A stretch of DNA of 31,878 nt from a virus, in the IMG/VR virus record IMGVR_UViG_3300002920_000008, positions 1 to 31,878 of that record. The stretch is one strand, 5' to 3'. Positions 1 to 6,482 of the stretch are shown here, piece after piece (the stretch's first letter is position 1; every line of letters starts with the position of its first letter). Made by a program: the position numbers and the translations under genes. The notes below the pieces were generated by a model. It made no database searches. It was not told the DNA's origin and saw only the letters and a list, made by a program, of their open reading frames with translations.

Positions 1-1011
1 ATATACAAATATAACGAGGACTCTTTAGAAGACAAGTTCACAAGCGGTCGAGTCTATTTAAGTGTAGACTCTACGAATAGGATTAAAGTTCCTAATCGAC
101 CTTTCACAATTGAGGCGAAAGGATTACGAGATACTAGCGACACAACATTACTAATAGAGCGTTTAGCAGATAGGTTTTTAGAGCGTTACCAATATGGCGC
201 TGAGAGTTTAGAAGTTGAAGTTCCTTTTAATGTTGGTTGGACTGTTGAGATTGGCGATCCCATTGTGTTCGGTGATGAATCAATTCAGTTAACTGACACG
301 AGTAGGGGAAAGCGGTCTTTTGGTCAGCGCATATTTGAAGTTACAAACAAGCGTATGAATTGGCGAACTGGTCGAATAAGCTTATCGTTACTCGACACTA
401 GTTTTAATCTCAGTTACCGTCGTGGCGTATTTAGTCCAGCCAGCAAGGTTGTCTCTGGCACAACGACATCTATTATGATTCAAGACAGTTTTGGGACTGA
501 GCCACCTAACATTGAAAAGGATAAGTGGGAATTTTATATAGGTAAGCAGATATTAGTGCACAGTGAGGATTGGTCTATTCAAGCAGTAACAAGGTTAATT
601 GGGTTTTCAGTTAGCAACGATTATGAGATGTTAGTGCAGACTTTGCCTTTTGCTCCACAAGCTGGATATTTTGTTCGGTTACCTAATTACAATTTAATAA
701 ATGATCCTAATAGTCAGATTTACAAGCAGATACATCCGTTTTGGTGTCCTGTTGCTAAGATTACAAATGTCATTAACAGTAACACGATTGAAGTTTCTGC
801 TACTGATGTAACTAAGTTCTTCGAGGGTTCTATAATTAGGGTTCACAATTCTGATTATTCGTTTGATTCTGGTAGGAAAGGTTTTATTGTGGAAAACATT
901 AGTGCTACACAATTGGTCATTAATGGTAACACCACAGGGATGATGACGGGTCATGATATTGAGTTAATAGGTTTTGTTACCGATGAGGGTCAGCCTTATA
1001 CTTGGATATAG
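1..1011 (+). CDS. C-terminal part of a ~915-aa wrap-around tail tip / host-specificity-like protein (continues from 30065..31878)
   Basis: Frame 1 is open from base 1 to the TAG at 1009-1011. Base 1 equals base 31802 and the frames match. The track ORF 265..1011 (GTG start) is therefore only the end of a longer ORF. The lambda-J-like assignment is inferred from size and from the tail-gene neighbourhood. Confidence 0.7.
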   Translation: MYKYNEDSLEDKFTSGRVYLSVDSTNRIKVPNRPFTIEAKGLRDTSDTTLLIERLADRFLERYQYGAESLEVEVPFNVGWTVEIGDPIVFGDESIQLTDTSRGKRSFGQRIFEVTNKRMNWRTGRISLSLLDTSFNLSYRRGVFSPASKVVSGTTTSIMIQDSFGTEPPNIEKDKWEFYIGKQILVHSEDWSIQAVTRLIGFSVSNDYEMLVQTLPFAPQAGYFVRLPNYNLINDPNSQIYKQIHPFWCPVAKITNVINSNTIEVSATDVTKFFEGSIIRVHNSDYSFDSGRKGFIVENISATQLVINGNTTGMMTGHDIELIGFVTDEGQPYTWI

Positions 1012-1026
1012 TTAGGAGGTTATAAG

Positions 1027-1572
1027 ATGGCTAAAGTACCACCCGCAAAGATAGATTTATATGAACAAGAAATTAAGGCAGGTGCAGCAGCTAGTGAAGC
1101 GACAATGCAGCGTATAGCATCTTCAGTGAACTTTTGGAATGCTTTTTACGAAGGGCAACGGGCATGGTTTCTTAACGGCAGATATAGCGCTTTTGGAACA
1201 CCACAGTATAATGTTGACGGGGCATATCCTTGTGTTACTGACATGGAGTTATATGGTTTTTGTATGTATAACTTAGTAGCTGGTAGCAGTGGTTTTACTG
1301 AGTTAAATGTTATAGTTCACCCGCCATCTGGTTCTCCTTTTAGTCTTTTTACGGTAACTCCTAAGATACCTCACACCAGTGGTAACAATGCTAGGATGAT
1401 TATAAATGTTTCAACCAATACAACGGTAGCACAGTCTACTTTTGTAACCTTGCCTACTTTTGCAGTAACAACTTTCGCGGCTGGTACCTTATTAACTTTG
1501 GATATGCCTCACGCTCAAGCTGGTGGCGAGAGTTGCGGGCTAGTTTTAGCGTTGCGTCCTTATAGCACATAG
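1027..1572 (+). CDS. Hypothetical protein, probably tail-associated (follows the large tail protein)
   Basis: A 181-aa ORF preceded by the strong SD AGGAGG at 1014-1019. It is the last gene of the plus-strand late operon. No motif recognised. Confidence 0.65.
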   Translation: MAKVPPAKIDLYEQEIKAGAAASEATMQRIASSVNFWNAFYEGQRAWFLNGRYSAFGTPQYNVDGAYPCVTDMELYGFCMYNLVAGSSGFTELNVIVHPPSGSPFSLFTVTPKIPHTSGNNARMIINVSTNTTVAQSTFVTLPTFAVTTFAAGTLLTLDMPHAQAGGESCGLVLALRPYST

Positions 1573-1651
1573 TTCATAATATATGTGTCTGGCAGTGATT
1601 TGAAGTAAAACAAGCATCCATACTTTTCACAATCACGTAAGACCAGGCGCC

Positions 1652-1903
1652 TTAAATTCTTTCAATCTTATAGAATTTAGATGAGAAGAAATCGGAATTT
1701 GATACGATTTTATAACCCATGTTATTTAAGTAGCATTTAAAATCATGATACTTTTGAGCGAACAGGAGCGGGCTAATTTCAGCTATTTCTAATGCGTGTT
1801 CTGGGCAAAGGTTGATTATGATTGGTGATTTTGATGAAGGAAATATTTTAACTTGAGTAGTTCTGTTAGTTTTGCATATCAAGCAAGTGTTTAATGTGTT
1901 CAT
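1652..1903 (-). CDS. Small Cys-rich (CxxC ... CPEH) putative zinc-binding protein
   Basis: An 83-aa ORF at the end of the minus-strand operon with a CLICK...CPEH pattern. It overlaps the RusA-like gene by 38 nt. Confidence 0.45.
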   Translation of the reverse strand: MNTLNTCLICKTNRTTQVKIFPSSKSPIIINLCPEHALEIAEISPLLFAQKYHDFKCYLNNMGYKIVSNSDFFSSKFYKIERI

Positions 1904-2342
1904 CGAATGTTAACCTTTCGATCGGTGTTACCTTAACAATTAGCTGCTCGTCTGATTGGTTAGAGCAAGTAACCTTGTGGCTAGTTTCTTTAAAAAAGAT
2001 CATGTCATCAATATCAAGTATTTTAGCAACGGCGTCTATACTGCTTTTAATTCTATTGTTTGAGTCGATTTTTTTAAAAGGTGATTTTGCTTTTTTAGAT
2101 TTAGTTAGAATGCGGTCTTGGTGAAAGACGAAATATAGTTCAATTTCAAGTGTGAAGCCGTTTTTAATCCAAGTAGCAATTTGGTTTTGAGCTTGTGAGA
2201 TTACTTTGTGATTTTTTAGTTCATAGAGTTTAATGAGGTCATCGAATATTCGAGCCGCCTTTAGTTTTATAAAGCGGCCTCTTGAGATGGTGAGTTGTCT
2301 ATTTTGGCTCGGTGGTATTGGAAGCTTCTTTAGAACTATCAT
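1866..2342 (-). CDS. rusA: RusA-like Holliday junction resolvase
   Basis: N-terminal LPIPPSQN plus the D-x-N-N-x-x-K-x-x-x-D ... DD pattern (KKIDSNNRIKSSIDAVAKILDIDD), which is typical of the RusA family. The 158-aa size also fits. Confidence 0.55.
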   Translation of the reverse strand: MIVLKKLPIPPSQNRQLTISRGRFIKLKAARIFDDLIKLYELKNHKVISQAQNQIATWIKNGFTLEIELYFVFHQDRILTKSKKAKSPFKKIDSNNRIKSSIDAVAKILDIDDMIFFKETSHKVTCSNQSDEQLIVKVTPIERLTFDEHIKHLLDMQN

Positions 2343-2505
2343 TGATATAGTCTAGGAAAGCGGCCCTTACTAGATCAACGATTTTTAGATTTTCTTTTTT
2401 TAATTTAGCTTTCACTTGGGTTACTAGGTCTGAGTCTAGTCTTGCTTGGATTGGGGTGAGTTGTTTTGATTTTGGAAGATAGTCTTTAAGGCTCATGTGT
2501 TTCAT
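2299..2505 (-). CDS. Ribbon-helix-helix (CopG/Arc-like) DNA-binding protein, candidate operon regulator
   Basis: A 68-aa protein. The segment TPIQARLDSDLVTQVKAKLKKENLKIVDLVRAAFLDYI fits the RHH pattern of one beta strand followed by two helices. It is the last small gene of the operator-controlled cluster. Confidence 0.5.
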   Translation of the reverse strand: MKHMSLKDYLPKSKQLTPIQARLDSDLVTQVKAKLKKENLKIVDLVRAAFLDYINDSSKEASNTTEPK

Positions 2506-2511
2506 CCTTTC

Positions 2512-2862
2512 TTAATAGTCATGGTCTTCATAATCTGGCTCAGGAAACTCAGCATGAACTTCGATTAGGTTTTCCAACTTACTAGCTATAAGCTCGTGAG
2601 CTGATTGAGGTAAGGTAGCAAAGCAATCAAAGTCTTCACAGTACACATCGCATCTAAGTACTTCAATTTTTTTTAGCTCCCAGTATCTATTGGGGTCAAA
2701 GGGGGTGTAGCCTATTGGCTGATAAGGCAATATGTCTTTAACCTCTTTAGCATGGACGATCATATCAATGATGTATAATAGACCTGAATCAAGTTCTGTT
2801 TCAACAGTGATTTCATCATTTATTTTTGTTACTCTTATTTTGGATTCCATATTATTACCCAC
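2512..2862 (-). CDS. Strongly acidic hypothetical protein (about 25 D/E versus 10 K/R in 116 aa)
   Basis: An ORF in the AT-rich small-gene cluster, with composition counted from the translation. No recognisable motif. Confidence 0.55.
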   Translation of the reverse strand: MGNNMESKIRVTKINDEITVETELDSGLLYIIDMIVHAKEVKDILPYQPIGYTPFDPNRYWELKKIEVLRCDVYCEDFDCFATLPQSAHELIASKLENLIEVHAEFPEPDYEDHDY

Positions 2863-3106
2863 ACTTTTTTTTTAGTTCGTATCTTTTGAAGCTAGTCATT
2901 TTAAAAATTACATCTTGATTTAAGAAGTTATCTATTAGAACTATTTTAGAACCGTAAATATCAACTTGGTTAATGCCCAATTTTAAAAACTCATCTATGA
3001 TTTGATCTGATTCTTTATAGACTTCTTTAATCGCTTCTAACTTTTCTATGATTTCATATGCTCTTTTAGCGAGTTCTTTGATTTTGAGTGCCTTGCTTGT
3101 TGTCAC
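2855..3106 (-). CDS. Hypothetical small protein
   Basis: An 83-aa ORF with a GTG start preceded by AAGGAGGCTAT. This is the same ribosome-binding context as the next gene upstream. Confidence 0.55.
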   Translation of the reverse strand: MTTSKALKIKELAKRAYEIIEKLEAIKEVYKESDQIIDEFLKLGINQVDIYGSKIVLIDNFLNQDVIFKMTSFKRYELKKKCG

Positions 3107-3131
3107 ATAGCCTCCTTATTCCATAGGTTTC

Positions 3132-3344
3132 TTATAAGCTGAAGATTAGTTCTTTTATCTCTTCAAACTTTTGTCGCAACATTCTTTTATCCTTTTGCAC
3201 ATTCCCTTTGTTTTCTTTTATACTTTGCTCAAGATTTTTTATCTCTAGTAACATCTCTATAATTTGGTGTTTTGTTTCTGCATCGTTGCTTTGAATTTCT
3301 AGGATCATATCAATAATTTCTTGGGTTTCTTGTGTCATTTTCAT
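3132..3344 (-). CDS. Hypothetical small acidic coiled-coil protein (start trimmed to the internal ATG)
   Basis: The track ORF starts at 3383, inside the palindromic operator and without an SD. The internal ATG at 3344 (MKMTQ...) is preceded by AAGGAGG with a 4-nt spacer. Confidence 0.55.
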   Translation of the reverse strand: MKMTQETQEIIDMILEIQSNDAETKHQIIEMLLEIKNLEQSIKENKGNVQKDKRMLRQKFEEIKELIFSL

Positions 3345-3382
3345 ATAGCCTCCTTTGTATGGATTCAGTATATTATTATTCA

Positions 3383-3398
3383 TGATAGAATTCTATCA
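3383..3398. promoter_or_regulatory. Perfect 16-bp palindrome TGATAGAATTCTATCA, candidate operator
   Basis: Read directly from the sequence. It lies about 10 nt downstream of the -10 element of the minus-strand promoter at 3409-3436 and upstream of the small-ORF cluster. Confidence 0.55.
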
Positions 3399-3408
3399 AA
3401 AAAGTATG

Positions 3409-3436
3409 ATTGTACCATAATGAGACAGAGTTTAAA
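3409..3436 (-). promoter_or_regulatory. Sigma70-type promoter with extended -10 (TTTAAA-16-TGgTACAAT) for the small-ORF/RHH operon
   Basis: The minus strand reads TTTAAActctgtctcattaTGgTACAAT. It sits in the 135-bp gap after the methyltransferase gene. Confidence 0.45.
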
Positions 3437-3518
3437 TGTCAGTTGGGTTATATGGCTAATTGATTGAGTTGGAATGATTCAGAGGTTATATTAGTGTTGA
3501 CTTTTGAAGTTATTTATA

Positions 3519-4451
3519 TTATCTCGCGCTGCTGTTTGTGCTTTTCTTCCATAATTCATAACCGGCGTTGTTAGCAAACAACTTTTCAACGCTTTTTAAT
3601 CTTTTGCCAGGTGATGAAAATCCTGAAAACACAGTTTTCGATTTTGCCCATATCAAGTGCAGCCATTTAGGTGCATTATACTCACTAACAAATACTGGGT
3701 TACTATTTTCTGTTACCCAAGTCCAGAATTTTGCATGATCAAAACCATCTTTAGAATATTTTGCTGTTTCACAATACGGCGGATCGCAGTAAATGACTGA
3801 GTTTGGTTTAATTGTTACTTGTTCATATGATAGGTTTGTAAATGTGATTATGTTACTAAACGGGGATACTTGTGATAGATTTTGCGCTCTCGTTAACTCC
3901 AAGTTCTCAACTTGAAATAAATTAGAAAAATGTTTATATTTTAATTTTTTATGTGTTACCCTAATTGCTTTAGATGAATATTTTTTTCTTTCTTGTATGC
4001 TAAGGCTATCTGCGAACTTGTGAATTCCTAAGGCTTCCTTTGCGAAATCGTCAAACTCATTAAAAACGATTGCGTTGTGAATTGATTTTTTAAAAGGCTC
4101 AATGTCTTTTGAGTATAGGTAACCTTTTAAATTGTTACTAAAAGACCATATAATTTTAACATATGGGTCATTAGAGTTATAAAACTCATCTCTGGTAACA
4201 AACTTAGGTTTAAAATTTTCATAAGAGTATTTTCCAGCGATGCAGTCTTGTATAAACTGCGTTTGACCTTGGTTAATTTCATTAAAATGAAAGTGTTTCC
4301 ATTTGTGTCTGAATCTAAGGACAGCGCAATGGGTAACAGAGAAACCGCCGCCGAACAGGTCATATAGATTTTCAGCTTCTGGTAACAAGGATAATATTTT
4401 GGTAGCGATTCTGCTTTTGCTACCCAAGTAGCTTACACCAAATTCAGCCAT
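3519..4451 (-). CDS. Dam-family (D12 class, alpha-type) N6-adenine DNA methyltransferase
   Basis: N-terminal YLGSKSRIATKI, the FGGGFSV AdoMet motif and the catalytic DPPY motif (VIYCDPPYCE), in the order typical of Dam-like enzymes. The target site is unknown. Confidence 0.8.
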   Translation of the reverse strand: MAEFGVSYLGSKSRIATKILSLLPEAENLYDLFGGGFSVTHCAVLRFRHKWKHFHFNEINQGQTQFIQDCIAGKYSYENFKPKFVTRDEFYNSNDPYVKIIWSFSNNLKGYLYSKDIEPFKKSIHNAIVFNEFDDFAKEALGIHKFADSLSIQERKKYSSKAIRVTHKKLKYKHFSNLFQVENLELTRAQNLSQVSPFSNIITFTNLSYEQVTIKPNSVIYCDPPYCETAKYSKDGFDHAKFWTWVTENSNPVFVSEYNAPKWLHLIWAKSKTVFSGFSSPGKRLKSVEKLFANNAGYELWKKSTNSSAR

Positions 4452-4959
4452 TTGTATGCAGCTTAAACCCGCACTGAGGGCATTTTAATTCTTTTGAGTT
4501 TCCAATTTTCTCACCCTCATTATAGTTTTCAACATCAGGCAGATCGATGTTACTAATCATGTCGATATCATGTTCCGAAAATCCCCAATCAAGCAAGTCA
4601 TTAAGGTCAAAATCAGATTTTAGCTTTTGGAAGTCCCAATCGCCCGCGATGTTCTTGTTCATTCTAATGATAACAGCTTCTTCTTGCTTTGGTGTTAACA
4701 TTCTATCGGGAACGTAAACATCTATTTCTTGGTTTGGGTCTTCTTCAAGTAACACTTCGAATCGCGCGTGCCCCGATAGAATTGTGTTGTCTAGATTGAT
4801 ATTAATAGGCTGCGCAAACCCTATTTCATTGATTGATTTTCTAAGCTCTTGCTTTCCAGAATCTGAAATTATTCGAGGATTCTTGTTATAGGGTTTTAAC
4901 TCCGAAATCTTTCTTTTCTCTAGTTTCCAGTTAATTATTTTGTTCATATGTAAGATCAT
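4444..4959 (-). CDS. ParB-like nuclease (ParBc) domain protein with C-terminal CxxC zinc-ribbon-like tail
   Basis: ISELKPYNKNPR ... LRKSINEIGFAQPI ... LSGHARFE matches the ParB N-terminal domain pattern. It overlaps the methyltransferase gene by 8 nt, a common phage pairing. Confidence 0.7.
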   Translation of the reverse strand: MILHMNKIINWKLEKRKISELKPYNKNPRIISDSGKQELRKSINEIGFAQPININLDNTILSGHARFEVLLEEDPNQEIDVYVPDRMLTPKQEEAVIIRMNKNIAGDWDFQKLKSDFDLNDLLDWGFSEHDIDMISNIDLPDVENYNEGEKIGNSKELKCPQCGFKLHTNG

Positions 4960-4988
4960 AATAATATTGCATTAGAAATAGCAACATG

Positions 4989-5451
4989 AAACTTACCAAG
5001 CTGAGTTATTTTGTAAGCTTTGTCCTAATAACTAATAATTCTAATTTGTAATGGTAACGAAAGTTGGTTTTGAATAGCTTCTGGATGGTTACCTGAAAGT
5101 GTTACCTAGACATGCGCGCATTGCCTTGAGCTGAGCAGAGCAAGGCTTATAGATGAGCGGGTGTTACTACTCAACTGGCTCTCAATCTTACTTCACCCTA
5201 GCTTGTGTAGTAACAAGCAACCCTTAGTGTAATCGGGTAGTTAGGTTTTCATTATAGCCGAGGGCAAGCAATCGAACTTCACTCGCGCAGTCCGTTATGG
5301 TCTCACATTCTCATGTAAGGGTCTTAGCTTCCCAAGACGAGACATTGCCCGTCGCCTCGCTTTCGCTGAGGCACGCATATTTACGACCGGTTACAAGCTT
5401 GATCTGGCTTAGCTTCACCGTGTGGGCTATGCGTATACCCCTGACCAGATC
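4989..5451 (-). ncRNA. Candidate ~460-nt structured non-coding RNA or long structured leader (family not recognised)
   Basis: No credible ORF. GC is about 49% over 5101-5460, against about 40% for the genome. There are at least nine perfect 5-10 bp helices, including a three-way junction. On the minus strand there are GAAA and GAGA tetraloops and G-U pairs where the plus strand would have A-C. A promoter sits directly upstream. The ends are approximate. Confidence 0.35.
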
Positions 5452-5458
5452 AAAATCG

Positions 5459-5487
5459 AATATAGGGGAAATGTGGCGGTTTAACAA
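5459..5487 (-). promoter_or_regulatory. Sigma70-type promoter TTGTTA-17-TATATT driving the structured region
   Basis: The minus strand reads TTGTTAaaccgccacatttccccTATATT. The predicted start near 5451 coincides with the first base of the 7-bp helix 5445-5451/5401-5407. Confidence 0.4.
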
Positions 5488-5522
5488 GGTGTTTTTAGGA
5501 GAGTTATGATTAGAGTGAGGTG

Positions 5523-5558
5523 GAAAAAAAAGAGACGAGCTTTTGGGGCTCGCCTCTG
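5523..5558 (-). terminator. Intrinsic terminator, functional orientation minus strand
   Basis: A 10-bp stem (5531-5540/5548-5557) that is perfect on the minus strand apart from one G-U pair, but has an A-C mismatch on the plus strand. On the minus strand it is followed by eight U. The plus strand has no U tract after the stem. Confidence 0.7.
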
Positions 5559-5660
5559 AAAAAAACGCATGGTTATGTGGGCTATATGATCATGCACTTG
5601 CTAATGTAACTGCAATGTGAATAGAAGTAAAGCGATTTAAATCAACGTGAGGGGGGTTAT

Positions 5661-6482
5661 ATGAGATGGGTCAAGCTCTACACCAATGTCCATAACAGTG
5701 AGCCGATGAGAGAGCTACTGTCCCAGGTCGGTCACATCGCGTTATGTTACTACATTTTGCTTGAAATGTGTGCAGAAAAGTTAAGCTGTGAGGGTAAAAT
5801 TCTTACAGAAAGTGATATGGTATTTAGTTTTGAAGAGAGAATTTTGCGGGAGCGGATGAGGTTATCGCCTCGGAAGCTAAGAGAGTTTTTAAAAATTTCT
5901 TCAGAAAAATTTAAATTTTCTTTAGAAATTTCTGAAAATTTTTTTAAAATTAAAATGCCTATGTTGCTGAAATTGTTACATACTGATCTAAAAAAATCAA
6001 GAGCAAATCAAGAGCAAATCAAGAGCAAATCAAGAACAAAACGTGAACAAGTCAAGAGTAGCACGCAGGTGACCACGGTTACCGGTGAAGGTTCTGGGGT
6101 TTTGAGCAAAACAACAGAAGAAAGGCTTGCTGAAAAGGAGGCATCGAGTCAAAACAGGAGGATTAAGGAGGCTTATATAGAGGCTTACAAAGCTAAGTAT
6201 GGTGTTGAGCCATTGACACAGAATGCAACTTTTAACTCTCAGTGCAATATGCTTAGGAAGAAAGTCGGTTTTGAGACTGCTATAGAGCTAGTGAAGTTTT
6301 ACCTTAATCACCAGAAATCTTTTTATGCGTCTAAGACTCATAGCTTTGGACTCTTGTTAGCAGATGCTGAGACTTTGGTAGCACAAATGCGGATGGGTGT
6401 TACCGTTACCGGATTTGAATCAAGACAGATTGAGGAAAGCGCAGGGTTAATGGCGCAACTAGAAAGATTAAGGAGGAAATAA
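5661..6482 (+). CDS. Replisome organizer / replication initiator-like protein
   Basis: The N-terminus MRWVKLYTNVHNSEPMRELL...YYILLEMCAEK resembles the phage replisome organizer N-terminal domain. The SD GAGGGGGG lies upstream. The gene contains phased iterons and is the first gene of the rightward early operon. Confidence 0.55.
   Translation: MRWVKLYTNVHNSEPMRELLSQVGHIALCYYILLEMCAEKLSCEGKILTESDMVFSFEERILRERMRLSPRKLREFLKISSEKFKFSLEISENFFKIKMPMLLKLLHTDLKKSRANQEQIKSKSRTKREQVKSSTQVTTVTGEGSGVLSKTTEERLAEKEASSQNRRIKEAYIEAYKAKYGVEPLTQNATFNSQCNMLRKKVGFETAIELVKFYLNHQKSFYASKTHSFGLLLADAETLVAQMRMGVTVTGFESRQIEESAGLMAQLERLRRK
5997..6060. repeat. 11-bp phased iterons (TCAAGAGCAAA x3 perfect, then degenerate copies), putative replication origin inside the organizer gene
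   Basis: Copies start at 5997, 6008, 6019, 6030 (one mismatch) and 6052. All are in 11-bp register, about one helical turn. Confidence 0.6.

Noticed and set aside
1595-1636. Imperfect AT-rich hairpin between the convergent gene ends (1572 plus, 1652 minus) as a bidirectional terminator
   Set aside because: It has two bulges, a 13-nt loop and no U tract on either side. This is too weak to call.
3497-3522. Plus-strand TTGACT followed by TATATT/TATTAT
   Set aside because: The spacer is only 12-14 nt. The element would also fire antisense into the 3' end of the methyltransferase gene.
5053-5160. Resemblance to RNase P RNA (GAAAGT as in the P4 GAAAGUCC segment, and AGCAAGGC identical to an 8-mer of E. 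coli M1 RNA)
   Set aside because: Only short isolated matches. The P4 partner strand (ACAGAA..CGGCUUA) and the other conserved regions are absent.
5262-5285. T-loop-like GTTCGATT (minus strand), suggesting a tRNA, a tmRNA or an attP tRNA fragment
   Set aside because: The flanking bases form only a 3-bp stem with an 8-nt loop. There is no acceptor or anticodon arm, and no integrase is present in the genome.
5350-5375. GAAA-capped bulged hairpin resembling group II intron domain V
   Set aside because: The stem is 10 bp rather than about 14 bp. It lacks the AGC triad and the two-nucleotide bulge geometry. There is no reverse transcriptase or other intron domain.
5438-5468. Possible pseudoknot CCCCT (5438-5442) with AGGGG (5464-5468)
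   Set aside because: The 3' partner lies inside the -10 region of the minus-strand promoter. It would be outside the favoured minus-strand transcript, so it is relevant only if the RNA is on the plus strand.
5297-5509. A 70-aa plus-strand ORF in the track, inside the non-coding locus
   Set aside because: It has no SD or coupled start, and its Leu/Ser/Arg-rich composition is typical of a random frame in GC-rich DNA. It runs through the helices of the proposed structured RNA. I treat it as spurious.
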